Shown: positions 17,371-26,659, numbered from the stretch's first letter. The stretch: DNA of 64,000 nt from Bacteroidales bacterium UBA4181 (GCA_002380425.1 DFUR01000013.1:554-64553), one strand, 5' to 3'. Made by a program: numbers and translations. Notes: generated by a model from the sequence alone, not told the origin.

Positions 17371-18492
17371 ATGGGAGCACTGGAGTCATTCAATGAGCGG
17401 GGCCTGTTGCAAAAGGAATACCTGGGTGAGGACAAGCCGGTAAACCGGATGGACCCTGTGGTTTCCATCTGCGTCACCACGTACCAGCATGCGGGATTCA
17501 TCACGGAATGTCTGGAAGGGATGCTCTGTCAGCGCACCCGATTCCCCTACGAGATTGTGATTGGTGAAGATGAGTCCACCGATGGTACCCGGGAAATTTG
17601 TATGGAGTATGCCCGGAAGTATCCGGATAAGATTCGTTTGTTGCTGCGCGACAGGGAGCTGTCACAGTATTATGAAGATGGGGTACTCAAGACCAGGTTC
17701 AACTGGAAGTGGACCCTGCGTGATTGCCGTGGAAAGTATGTGGCCTGGTGCGAAGGCGACGATTATTGGACCGACCCGGATAAATTGCAGAAACAGGTGG
17801 ACTTTATGGAACTCCATCCGGATTATGTGCTGTGCCACCATAATGTGGAGGTTCAATATGAAGATGGATCAAAACCTTCTCATCTGTCGAATGCTCCAGA
17901 CCAGCCCCTGGTTACCGATATCCGTGACCTGGCCAGAGGAAACTATATTTACACAGCGTCGTGCATGTACCGGAACAATCTTTTTCCATTCTTTCCGGGT
18001 TGGGTGTTCGGAGTTCCGGTAGGGGATTATGTGATGCACATGCTCAACGCCCGCTTTGGAAAAATAGGTTATTTGCCCGATGTGATGGCTGTGTACCGCA
18101 TCCATCAGGGAGGGGTATGGGGACCTCAGTCCCGTATCGTAACCTTGGAGCGCTGGCTCAAGGTGCTTGCGGCGATGATAGGACAGTTTGACATCCAGGT
18201 GGAGGAAATTCTCAGGGAACAGTACACCCGCTTGACCATCGAGTTGTTTGGACATTATATGCGTCAGAATGATACGCAGAAAGCCGCTCAGTGTCTGGAA
18301 AAACCGGTTTCTTGTCTGAATGCGGAGCAGTTGGAACCTTGCCGAATGCTTTTGGACCAATATGCGCAGCAACAACAACTGCAGCAGCAACTGGAGGAAA
18401 CGCTTCGTTCAACATCCTTCCGTACAGGCAGGATGTTGGTGGGTGTGTTGGCCTGGCCTCGTACGGTATGGAGAAAGCTGTTATCTCGTTGA
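17371..18492 (+). CDS. GT2-family glycosyltransferase with a Gln-rich helical C-terminal tail
   Basis: 'VSICVTTYQHAGFITECLEGMLCQ...YEIVIGEDESTDGT' and 'WCEGDDYW' (DxD-like). The tail reads 'LLDQYAQQQQLQQQLEETL'. An alternative start lies at 17449. Confidence 0.8.
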   Translation: MGALESFNERGLLQKEYLGEDKPVNRMDPVVSICVTTYQHAGFITECLEGMLCQRTRFPYEIVIGEDESTDGTREICMEYARKYPDKIRLLLRDRELSQYYEDGVLKTRFNWKWTLRDCRGKYVAWCEGDDYWTDPDKLQKQVDFMELHPDYVLCHHNVEVQYEDGSKPSHLSNAPDQPLVTDIRDLARGNYIYTASCMYRNNLFPFFPGWVFGVPVGDYVMHMLNARFGKIGYLPDVMAVYRIHQGGVWGPQSRIVTLERWLKVLAAMIGQFDIQVEEILREQYTRLTIELFGHYMRQNDTQKAAQCLEKPVSCLNAEQLEPCRMLLDQYAQQQQLQQQLEETLRSTSFRTGRMLVGVLAWPRTVWRKLLSR

Positions 18493-19532
18493 TGGTTGCT
18501 CCTGTGGACCGGCCTCTGGTGTCGGTGTGTATTCCCAGTTTCAACGGTGCTGCCTATGTTGAGCAAGCCCTTGAATCAGCTCTGTCTCAAACATACCGTC
18601 CTCTGGAGGTGCTGGTTGTGGATGATGGCTCCACGGACGAAACGGTGGCTCTGGTTGCGCATTATGCCGAACGGGATCGGAGGGTAGTGCTGCATCAGAA
18701 CAAACACAATATGGGATTGGTCGGGAATTGGAATGAATGTATCCGTCGGGCTTCTGGCCAATGGATTAAGTTTCTGTTTCAGGACGATGTGCTTGACCCA
18801 CTTTGTGTGGAACGTTTATTCGAGGGCTGTCGCCAGAGTCAGGCTCGGTTTGCGGTCTGTGACCGGAAGTTCCTCTTGGAATCTTCGGCCGGGGGAAAGT
18901 TCATAGATGCTTTTGGGCGCATTCGGCAATTGAGCGATACCGGGGTATCCACCGGGTTTGTGGCTCCCGATCAATTGCGGGATATTGTGTTGAAGGAACC
19001 CTATTTCAATATTCTGGGCGAACCTACAGCACATTTCTTTCATAAGAGCGTCCCTGAACAATTTGGTTTTTACAATGCTGATCTAATCCAGCTTTGCGAT
19101 TTTGAGTTTGCCCTTAGGGTTGTGGCTCATGTCGGTTGTTATTATGATGCGCAGGCCCTGGTAACCTTCCGAGTCCATGGGCAATCTGCTTCGGCCGCAA
19201 ACCAGGATGCCCGGAAAATCAGGAGTGACTGTGTGGATGTCTTGATTTTACTCCATCAGTATTTGTATCACCCCCTGTATCGTGTGTTTCACGCCCACCC
19301 GGGAATCGAACTTGTCCGGAAGGAATATGAGTTGCATTTTCGCCAACTTCACCGTGCGTTGGGTTTTTGGCGAACTTGTACTGTTCTGAGGCCCTTTCTG
19401 CAACATTATCCGCATTTGCGGCTGCACAGGAGCATCTTCGTCCGGGATTGCCGGGAAGCTTTGCTTCATCATCCGGGTGTCAGACGGTTGGTGCTTCTGT
19501 ATCAATCACTGAAAAACAAACTGAGCATTTGA
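18492..19532 (+). CDS. GT2-family glycosyltransferase
   Basis: 'VSVCIPSFNGAAYVEQALESALSQTYRPLEVLVVDDGSTDET' and 'FLFQDDVL'. The start at 18492 overlaps the upstream stop by 1 nt (TGATG). I judge the track extension from 18291 to be spurious. Confidence 0.8.
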   Translation: MVAPVDRPLVSVCIPSFNGAAYVEQALESALSQTYRPLEVLVVDDGSTDETVALVAHYAERDRRVVLHQNKHNMGLVGNWNECIRRASGQWIKFLFQDDVLDPLCVERLFEGCRQSQARFAVCDRKFLLESSAGGKFIDAFGRIRQLSDTGVSTGFVAPDQLRDIVLKEPYFNILGEPTAHFFHKSVPEQFGFYNADLIQLCDFEFALRVVAHVGCYYDAQALVTFRVHGQSASAANQDARKIRSDCVDVLILLHQYLYHPLYRVFHAHPGIELVRKEYELHFRQLHRALGFWRTCTVLRPFLQHYPHLRLHRSIFVRDCREALLHHPGVRRLVLLYQSLKNKLSI

Positions 19533-19536
19533 TCTG

Positions 19537-20340
19537 ATGGGTTCTCTTTCGGCAATGCGTCTTTTTGTACTGTTTCATCAGGACATTCACTGGGAATACT
19601 ATCCGGAATATTTGCGCGATAGCCTGATCTTTGTGAACCTTTCCGAGCACAATGTGGGAAAGTATTCTCTGCCAGGGGTTCACGCTTTCGATCAGGCATC
19701 ACTCCCGGGTTTCGTCTCTTTGGGTAAATGGTATGCAGAATCGGAGTTTCTATACAATCTGAGCAGGAATTTGTCCCTGTTCCCGAATGTTGAGTATGTG
19801 GGTTTTGTTCACTACGATTATGACCTCAGTACGCTTTCGCAGTCCGATTTTGAAACGGCACTGAGTCATTGCGATGTTGTTTCTTTTGAAACCTCTGACT
19901 TTGAAGATGATTATCGCCAGAACATTATGATGGATGCCAGGTTTCCCAATATGCTGCAAGGTGGCGGAAAGAATTGCTACCAGCAAATAGTGGAAGACTA
20001 CAACCAGCACTATCACTCAAAACACACTGTGGCCGGGTTGGTGGGTGCGGAGATTTGCCTGTGTTCGGCATTCGTTATGAAAACCGCTGTTTTGCAGCAG
20101 ATGATGGCGTTTATCGCTCCTCTGATTGAACGAGGGCAACTGAATGCTTTTGACAAGGGGCACAGATACCGCGCTCAGGGCGGATTTCTGGAACGATATT
20201 TCGGGGTGTGGATGGTATTGCAAGGGGTTTCGATGAAGAACCTCGAAATGCCCCACCGGTTTCAGAAATCAACGCCAGCGCGGGCACCGTTGTGTTCCCG
20301 AATAAAATACAAGATTTTCAAAACGTTGCGAGTTCTGTAA
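19537..20340 (+). CDS. Uncharacterised protein, possibly a DUF4422-like putative glycosyltransferase
   Basis: The only weak cue is 'AQGGFLERYFGVWM', which resembles the (G)F(L)(A)ERL motif of DUF4422 proteins, plus its position between GT2 genes. Confidence 0.35.
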   Translation: MGSLSAMRLFVLFHQDIHWEYYPEYLRDSLIFVNLSEHNVGKYSLPGVHAFDQASLPGFVSLGKWYAESEFLYNLSRNLSLFPNVEYVGFVHYDYDLSTLSQSDFETALSHCDVVSFETSDFEDDYRQNIMMDARFPNMLQGGGKNCYQQIVEDYNQHYHSKHTVAGLVGAEICLCSAFVMKTAVLQQMMAFIAPLIERGQLNAFDKGHRYRAQGGFLERYFGVWMVLQGVSMKNLEMPHRFQKSTPARAPLCSRIKYKIFKTLRVL

Positions 20341-21267
20341 ATGATGCCCAAAGTATCGGTTATTCTCCCTAACTTTAACCACGCACCCTATCTGGAACAG
20401 CGTCTGGAGAGTATCTTTTCCCAGACGTTTCAGGATTATGAGTTGATTCTGCTGGACGACCTGAGTACAGACAACAGCGTGGAGATCTTGTCCCGTTATG
20501 CCCGTGATCCCAGGGTGTCGCATTTTGTGGTGAACGACGCCAACAGTGGCTCTTCCTTTCGGCAGTGGGGCAAGGGGCTCAGCCTGGCAACCGGGAAGTA
20601 TGTCTGGATTGCCGAGAGCGACGACTTTGCTGACCCCAGTCTGTTGGAGCATCTGGTTTCGGCCATGGAGCAGCAGGATGACATAACCCTGGCTTATTGC
20701 CGCATCAACCGTGTGCGGGGAGATGGCTCCTTTGAGGAAATCTGCCAGTGGGGAGAGGCTATTGATCCCTCCCGGTGGGACCATGATTTTGTTTGTTCCG
20801 GCACAGAAGCTATTCAGAAATACCTGCAGTACCGGAATACCATTGTCAATGCCTCAGCCGTACTGTTTCGGCGGGAACGAGCCATTCCCTTTATGGATGA
20901 AATCGGTAGCTATCGCTATTGCGGAGATTGGCTGTTCTGGATTCTGATGCTCACCCATGGAAATATGGCTTATGTATCCCGGCCCCTGAGTTACTTCAGG
21001 CGTTATGAGAGCGCCACCAGTTTGCGGAATGTTCGCAGCACCATTACCCATCGTTTTGTGGAGTACCAGCGTGTGCTGGAACGGGTTGCCGGGCTCCTGC
21101 CTCCGGGATGCTCTTCACAACTGGAGCAATATGAATGGATAGTGCGGGAGTGGATGAGCAAGCGCAAGGCGATGAGCCTGTGGCAGTATCTGGTTCGGAC
21201 CCCGTTGCAGGGGCCGCTGAAAACTTTATTTTACCTTACTTTGTGGCATCAATGGCGGACCAAATGA
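20341..21267 (+). CDS. GT2-family glycosyltransferase
   Basis: 'VSVILPNFNHAPYLEQRLESIFSQTFQDYELILLDDLSTDNS' and 'IAESDDFA'. Confidence 0.85.
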   Translation: MMPKVSVILPNFNHAPYLEQRLESIFSQTFQDYELILLDDLSTDNSVEILSRYARDPRVSHFVVNDANSGSSFRQWGKGLSLATGKYVWIAESDDFADPSLLEHLVSAMEQQDDITLAYCRINRVRGDGSFEEICQWGEAIDPSRWDHDFVCSGTEAIQKYLQYRNTIVNASAVLFRRERAIPFMDEIGSYRYCGDWLFWILMLTHGNMAYVSRPLSYFRRYESATSLRNVRSTITHRFVEYQRVLERVAGLLPPGCSSQLEQYEWIVREWMSKRKAMSLWQYLVRTPLQGPLKTLFYLTLWHQWRTK

Positions 21268-22241
21268 GCAGAGATACTTTTTGTTCCATCGTAGAAACCT
21301 CCTACATTCCCTATGCGCTCACTGTTTGTGAGTCGGTGCGGCGTTTTGACCGGGATATTCTGTTTCATGTTTTTGTAACTGATCACTCCGGACCCTTCAC
21401 GGAATTGGAGGCCAGGCATCCCAACACCCGATTTCTGAGTACGGATCAGGTCTGTGCCTCCGGGGTGGCTCTGGAGCTGTACCAGGCCTACCGGCATTCA
21501 AGTATGGATAGCTTCAGACAATCCATGAAGTCGGCACTGATGCTGTATCTGTTGGAGCATGACGGCTTCGACAAGGTGCTCTTTGTGGATGCCGACCTGT
21601 TTTTTTACCACGATTTTCACTTTTTGTTTGATGCGCTCACGGAACATGCTGTGTTGCTGACTCCTCACTGGCGCTCCTCTATTGATCCCTCTATGGATTT
21701 CAATATGTTCCAGACCATCTTTACCGATGGCCTGTTCAACGGAGGGTTTGTGGGTGCCAGCCGGAGGGGTGCTGATGCCATGCGTTGGTGGGCCAGCGTT
21801 TGTGTGAGACTGTGTGTGATTGAAAGAACCCGGGGGCTGTTTGGCGATCAAACCTACCTGAACCTGCTCCCGGTATTGTTTGAGCATATTTTGGTGCTGA
21901 AACACCGCGGATGCAATGTGGCCCACTGGAATCTCCAGGATTGTCCCAGAACCCTTGTGGACGGCGAGGTACTGATTGACGGGCGTTTCCCTGTGGTGTT
22001 TGTGCATTTTACACGCAGCACCATCGAGGGCATTGTGAATGGGGAAGACCCGCTGCTTTCTCCTCATTTGAAGGATTATGAGCAAGTGCTGCTCCACCAC
22101 GAGGCCCGGTTTGACCTGCAGCGGTACGTGCGTCCCGGCACCGAGGAACCGGTAGCTCCGCCCCGCAAAAAGACCTGGGTTCAAAAGGGAATGGATTTTT
22201 TACGCATCCGGACCCGTATCCGCAAATTTCTGGAAGGTTAG
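21264..22241 (+). CDS. GT-A nucleotide-diphospho-sugar transferase, GT8-like
   Basis: 'FCSIVETSYIPYALTVCESV...FHVFVTD' and 'FDKVLFVDADLFFYHDF' (DxD). ATGA overlap start at 21264. An alternative in-frame ATG lies at 21252. Confidence 0.55.
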   Translation: MSRDTFCSIVETSYIPYALTVCESVRRFDRDILFHVFVTDHSGPFTELEARHPNTRFLSTDQVCASGVALELYQAYRHSSMDSFRQSMKSALMLYLLEHDGFDKVLFVDADLFFYHDFHFLFDALTEHAVLLTPHWRSSIDPSMDFNMFQTIFTDGLFNGGFVGASRRGADAMRWWASVCVRLCVIERTRGLFGDQTYLNLLPVLFEHILVLKHRGCNVAHWNLQDCPRTLVDGEVLIDGRFPVVFVHFTRSTIEGIVNGEDPLLSPHLKDYEQVLLHHEARFDLQRYVRPGTEEPVAPPRKKTWVQKGMDFLRIRTRIRKFLEG

Positions 22242-22243
22242 CA

Positions 22244-23377
22244 ATGAGAAATATTTGTTTTGTTACCCCCCACATGCCGGCTCCCACGGAAACCTTTATC
22301 CGGGCGCACATGGAACGCATCCGGGGGAATGTATTTCATCTGTACAGCTACAATCTGGATTATGCCACCCAAGGGGTACCCCTGAGAGAGTTGTATCCTG
22401 AAAAACGCCCGTCCTGGTATCGTTGGCTGCATCTGTTGCCCTATCACTGGGTGTTTCGGTTCTACCACCGCAAAAGGGAGGAGCGCTCGGATTTTGCTCT
22501 GGCATCCAGATACCTCAGGGAGCACTCTATTAACCTGGTGTTTGCGGAATTTGGGACAGCAGGAGCTGTGGTGGCTCCGGTGTGTGCCTCCCTGAATATC
22601 CCTATGGTGGTGTATTTTCTGGGTTTTGAGTCCACCCGTAAGGATATTGTGGAGGAGTTCCGCGAACGGTATCAATTTCTTTTCCGCTATGCTTCCGTTG
22701 TATTTGTGGTAGCGCGCAGGATGGCCGAGGACCTTGTAGCCTTAGGCTGCCCTGCTGAGAAAATTGTGTACAACCCTTGTGTACCCCATCCGGATTATCT
22801 CAAGGTCTCTGCCGATTATCATTCCAATACCCTGGTGGCCATTGGGCGACAAACCCTGAAGAAAGCGCCCTATCTCACCTTGCTGGCTTTTTACGAGGCT
22901 CAGAAGGTGTATCCTGAGTTGAGACTGGTGATGATCGGGGAGGGTGAGCTTCAGGAAATCAATACCCGTATAGTGCGGGCCCTTCATCTGGAGGATAAAG
23001 TATCCCTGCGTCCCTTTCAAACCAGGGAGCAGATTCTGGAGCAGATGGGAGACACCCTGATGTTTGTGCAACATTCCCTCATGGCAGCTAACGGCGATAG
23101 TGAAGGGACTCCTGTGGCCATCCTGGACGCTATGGCGTCGGGGGTTCCGGTGGTGGCTACCCGCCACTACGGCATCATGGATACGGTGGTGGATGAGGAA
23201 ACCGGCTTGTTGTGCGATGAGGGGGACCTGGAAACGATGATCAGGAATATCCTCCGCATCGCAGGTGACCGAAGACTTGCAGCACAACTGGGCCAGAACG
23301 GGCGCAGAAGGGTGACAGATTTATACACCATGGACCGTCATATCAGCTTGATTGAAGAAAAACTTAAGGGACTATGA
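22244..23377 (+). CDS. GT4 (GT-B, group 1) glycosyltransferase
   Basis: 'EGTPVAILDAMASGVPVVATRHYGIMDTVVDEETGLL' is the EX7E region. Confidence 0.85.
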   Translation: MRNICFVTPHMPAPTETFIRAHMERIRGNVFHLYSYNLDYATQGVPLRELYPEKRPSWYRWLHLLPYHWVFRFYHRKREERSDFALASRYLREHSINLVFAEFGTAGAVVAPVCASLNIPMVVYFLGFESTRKDIVEEFRERYQFLFRYASVVFVVARRMAEDLVALGCPAEKIVYNPCVPHPDYLKVSADYHSNTLVAIGRQTLKKAPYLTLLAFYEAQKVYPELRLVMIGEGELQEINTRIVRALHLEDKVSLRPFQTREQILEQMGDTLMFVQHSLMAANGDSEGTPVAILDAMASGVPVVATRHYGIMDTVVDEETGLLCDEGDLETMIRNILRIAGDRRLAAQLGQNGRRRVTDLYTMDRHISLIEEKLKGL

Positions 23378-24801
23378 CCGATAAAACCATCGGTAATGCA
23401 TTCCTGCAATCGGCTTTGGCCGATCAGGCCGCTTTTATGTCTTTGCCTCAGTTTCTGCAGTGGATGGAAGAGAAAAAGCAAGCCACCTGCCACCGTATTA
23501 CCCCGATTGCTTTTGCAGACATGAAACAATGGCACTTTCACCCTCAAACGGGGAATCTGGAGCATCAAACGGGGAAATTTTTCAGCATCGAAGGGGTGCA
23601 CATCCGGACCAACTGGGATACGGTCAAGGAGTGGTCGCAGCCCATCATCAATCAGCCGGAGATTGGCTTCCTGGGCATTATTGCCAAAAGTTTCGGGGGG
23701 GTGCTGCACTTTCTCATGCAAGCCAAGATAGAGCCGGGCAATATCAACGGGGTACAGCTTTCCCCAACGCTGCAGGCAACCCGGAGCAATTACACCCAGG
23801 TACATCAGGGCAATGCCCCGCATTATCTGGAGTATTTTATGGGCCGTGTTCCGGGCGTGAAGGTGCTGCTGGACCAGTTGCAGTCCGAGCAGGGAGCCCG
23901 CTTTTTCAGAAAGCGCAACCGGAATATCATTGTGGAAGTTGCCGGAGACATTCCTGTGCTGGAGGATTTTTGCTGGCTCACTCTGGCCCAGATCAAACAG
24001 TTGCTCTCTTTCGACAATGTGGTCAACATGGACACCCGTACGGTGATCTCAGGAATCACGTTCCGGAATGGGAATGGTTTGGTGGTGCCCGGGAACAGTG
24101 GCCGTCCGGAAGTTTTCGGTCTGTCCATGCTTGCTTCGGAACTCGATGAGGAGCATGCTTTGCACACCATCGAGGAGGTTATATCCTGGATTACAAGGCA
24201 CAAATCCCTCGCCGAACTCGAGGTGGAGCGGGTACCCCTCAGCAGGGTGCAACACTGGGTCCGGGACAGCCATGCCATCTACCACGAGGATCATAAATAC
24301 TTCTCCGTCATCGCGGTTCAGGTTGAAATTGGGAACCGGGAGGTGCGGAATTGGACCCAACCTTTGGTACAGTCCGCCCAGGAGGGGATTATGGGCTTTA
24401 TTGTCAAGAATATAAACGGAGTGTACCACTTTCTGGTGCAGGCCAAAATGGAAGCCGGGAATCTGGATATCATCGAGCTGGCACCCACGGTGCAATGCCT
24501 CACGGGCAACTACCGCAAGGGACTCAATGAGTACGAGGTGCCTTTCCTGGATTATTTCCTGCATCCGGAACAACACCAGACACAGGTGCTGTTGTCCACC
24601 ATGCAGTCCGAGGAAGGAGGCCGATTTTACCGGGAACAAAACCGAAATATGATTGTGGAAGTGGGGGAGGCTTTTTCCCCGGAGGTCCCGGAAAAATACA
24701 TCTGGATGACCCTCCACCAGATCAAAACCTTTATACGTTTTAATAATTATCTGAACATCCAGGCCCGCAGCCTGTTGTCGGCTATAAGGTTTGTGTCATG
24801 A
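23374..24801 (+). CDS. NDP-hexose 2,3-dehydratase (EvaA/TylX3/OleV family)
   Basis: 475 aa with an internal duplication. 'GFLGIIAKSFGGVLHFLMQAKIEPGN...QSEQGARFFRKRNRNIIVEV' pairs with 'GIMGFIVKNINGVYHFLVQAKMEAGN...QSEEGGRFYREQNRNMIVEV', which is characteristic of the two-Nudix-like-domain dehydratases. Confidence 0.8.
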   Translation: MTDKTIGNAFLQSALADQAAFMSLPQFLQWMEEKKQATCHRITPIAFADMKQWHFHPQTGNLEHQTGKFFSIEGVHIRTNWDTVKEWSQPIINQPEIGFLGIIAKSFGGVLHFLMQAKIEPGNINGVQLSPTLQATRSNYTQVHQGNAPHYLEYFMGRVPGVKVLLDQLQSEQGARFFRKRNRNIIVEVAGDIPVLEDFCWLTLAQIKQLLSFDNVVNMDTRTVISGITFRNGNGLVVPGNSGRPEVFGLSMLASELDEEHALHTIEEVISWITRHKSLAELEVERVPLSRVQHWVRDSHAIYHEDHKYFSVIAVQVEIGNREVRNWTQPLVQSAQEGIMGFIVKNINGVYHFLVQAKMEAGNLDIIELAPTVQCLTGNYRKGLNEYEVPFLDYFLHPEQHQTQVLLSTMQSEEGGRFYREQNRNMIVEVGEAFSPEVPEKYIWMTLHQIKTFIRFNNYLNIQARSLLSAIRFVS

Positions 24802-25757
24802 AGAAGATTCGCATTGGGGTGCTGGGCTGTGCCCGGATTGCCCGTCGTTCGGTGATTCCTGCCATGCAGCAGGTGGAAGCGTTGCAGTTGGTTGCCGTGG
24901 CCAGCCGCACCAAGGATAAGGCGCAGGAGTTTGCCACGCAGTTTGGATGTGAGGCGTTGGAGGGATACCAGTCCTTGCTGGACCGGGCCGATATTGATGC
25001 CATTTATATGCCTTTACCTACCGGCTTGCATCAGGAATGGGTGCTGCGTGCCCTGGAGGCGGGAAAACATCTGCTGGTGGAGAAATCGCTGGCCTCCGAT
25101 TATGCTTCTGTTCTGGAGATGGTCGCCATGGCCCGGAAGCGGAGCCTGCTGCTGATGGAGAATTTTATGTTTCTATACCACGGACAGCACCAGTATATTC
25201 GGTCCCTGCTTCAGAACGGGGAAATCGGGGCGTTGAGATGCTTCCGGAGTTCGTTTGGGTTTCCTCCACTGGAACCCGGGAATTTCAGGTATGACAAAGC
25301 CTTGGGCGGGGGAGCGCTGCTGGATGCCGCAGCCTATACCGTGCGTGCCAGCCAGTTATTTCTCCCAGGCCCGCTGCAGGTCCGGGCTTCCACCCTCCAT
25401 GTCAATGAACAGGGCGTGGATCTGTATGGCAGTGCCTTTCTGGTGAACCCAGACGGCCTGAGTGCTGAGGTCGCCTTTGGTTTTGACAATTTTTACCAGT
25501 GTAATTATGAACTCTGGGGCAGCAAGGGTAAAATCACTGCCGAAAGAGCCTTCACCCCCGGGCCTGATTTTTCACCAACGATATTGCTGGAGCAGCCGGG
25601 GCGTTGCGAAAGGATACAACTCCCGGCTGAAAATCATTTCACGGCCCTGTTGCAGGAGTTTTGCCGGTGTGTTCAACATCAGGACGGAGCCTCCAAGTAT
25701 TCCGAAGTGTTGGAGCAAAGCCGATTGCTGGATGAGATAAAAAATCAGAACCCGTGA
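24798..25757 (+). CDS. Gfo/Idh/MocA oxidoreductase, candidate NDP-hexose 3-ketoreductase
   Basis: 'IRIGVLGCARIARRSVIPAM' is the N-terminal Rossmann segment and 'EKSLA' is the EKP-like motif. It is translationally coupled (ATGA) to the 2,3-dehydratase. Confidence 0.7.
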   Translation: MKKIRIGVLGCARIARRSVIPAMQQVEALQLVAVASRTKDKAQEFATQFGCEALEGYQSLLDRADIDAIYMPLPTGLHQEWVLRALEAGKHLLVEKSLASDYASVLEMVAMARKRSLLLMENFMFLYHGQHQYIRSLLQNGEIGALRCFRSSFGFPPLEPGNFRYDKALGGGALLDAAAYTVRASQLFLPGPLQVRASTLHVNEQGVDLYGSAFLVNPDGLSAEVAFGFDNFYQCNYELWGSKGKITAERAFTPGPDFSPTILLEQPGRCERIQLPAENHFTALLQEFCRCVQHQDGASKYSEVLEQSRLLDEIKNQNP

Positions 25758-26659
25758 GCCAAAGTCTTGTATTGGGTGCCCATGGTTATTTGGGCCGACA
25801 CATGGCGCATTATCTAAGAATGCGCGGGGAGTATGTGATGACGTGCGACATAGCTCCTGCACCGGTGGATGCCTCGGTTCCCTACGTTCAGGCAGATGTG
25901 GCCAATGCGGCATCGGTTGCCTCTCTGGATTTTGATGTGGATTTTATCTATGTGTTCAGCGGCCTCACCGGGACGGAAGTTGGGTTTGAACGGTATCGTG
26001 ATTTTGTGGAGGTGAACGAAATAGGCTTGCTGAATATTCTGCAGCACCACAGAGCCTCCGGGAGCCGTGCCAGGATTGTTTTCCCTTCGACCCGTCTGGT
26101 GTACAAGGGCAAACAAGGAGCACTCCTGACCGAAGACAGTGAGAAGGAGGCCCTCACCCCCTATGCACAGAACAAATTGTCGTGTGAGGCCTTCCTGAGT
26201 ATGTATCAGCGGTTGTTCGGGATTGAGTTTACGGTGTTCCGGGTGTGTGTACCCTACGGAAATGAGTTTCAGGGGGCCTATTCCTACGGCACTGTGGGAT
26301 TCTTCCTGCAGCGAGCCATGAGCCAACAGCCACTGGAACTCTTTGGCGACGGAAGCCTGCGCAGGACTTTTACCCATGTGCTCGACATCTGTTGTCAGAT
26401 GGCTCTTGCTCTGGAGCATCCTGCTTCGCGGAATGTGGTGCTGAATGTGGGGGGCGAGAACCTGAGCCTGATGGAGGCTGCTACATTCATCGCAGAGGCA
26501 GCCGGAGTCGAGGTACGTACGGTACCTTGGCCTCCCCGTGCCTGGGCCCTGGAATCTGGAGATACAGTCTTTGATGCATCCAGAATGGAAGCACTCACCA
26601 AGCCGCTCACAACCCATTCCTATGCAGATTGGGTGCAGCATTTGTTTTCTGAACGGTAA
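25754..26659 (+). CDS. Extended SDR (NAD-dependent epimerase/dehydratase family), candidate NDP-4-keto-hexose reductase
   Basis: 'LVLGAHGYLGRHMAHYL' (GxxGxxG) and 'YAQNK' (YxxxK). GTG start in a GTGA overlap with the upstream gene. Confidence 0.7.
   Translation: MSQSLVLGAHGYLGRHMAHYLRMRGEYVMTCDIAPAPVDASVPYVQADVANAASVASLDFDVDFIYVFSGLTGTEVGFERYRDFVEVNEIGLLNILQHHRASGSRARIVFPSTRLVYKGKQGALLTEDSEKEALTPYAQNKLSCEAFLSMYQRLFGIEFTVFRVCVPYGNEFQGAYSYGTVGFFLQRAMSQQPLELFGDGSLRRTFTHVLDICCQMALALEHPASRNVVLNVGGENLSLMEAATFIAEAAGVEVRTVPWPPRAWALESGDTVFDASRMEALTKPLTTHSYADWVQHLFSER

Noticed and set aside
25754-26659. Whether this SDR is GDP-L-fucose synthase (Fcl), which would complete a gmd-fcl pair for the FucT-like GTs.
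   Set aside because: Its N-terminus and overall pattern do not resemble Fcl. It is translationally coupled (GTGA overlap) to the 2,3-dehydratase / 3-ketoreductase pair, so a dTDP-4-keto reductase role is more parsimonious. This is not proven.
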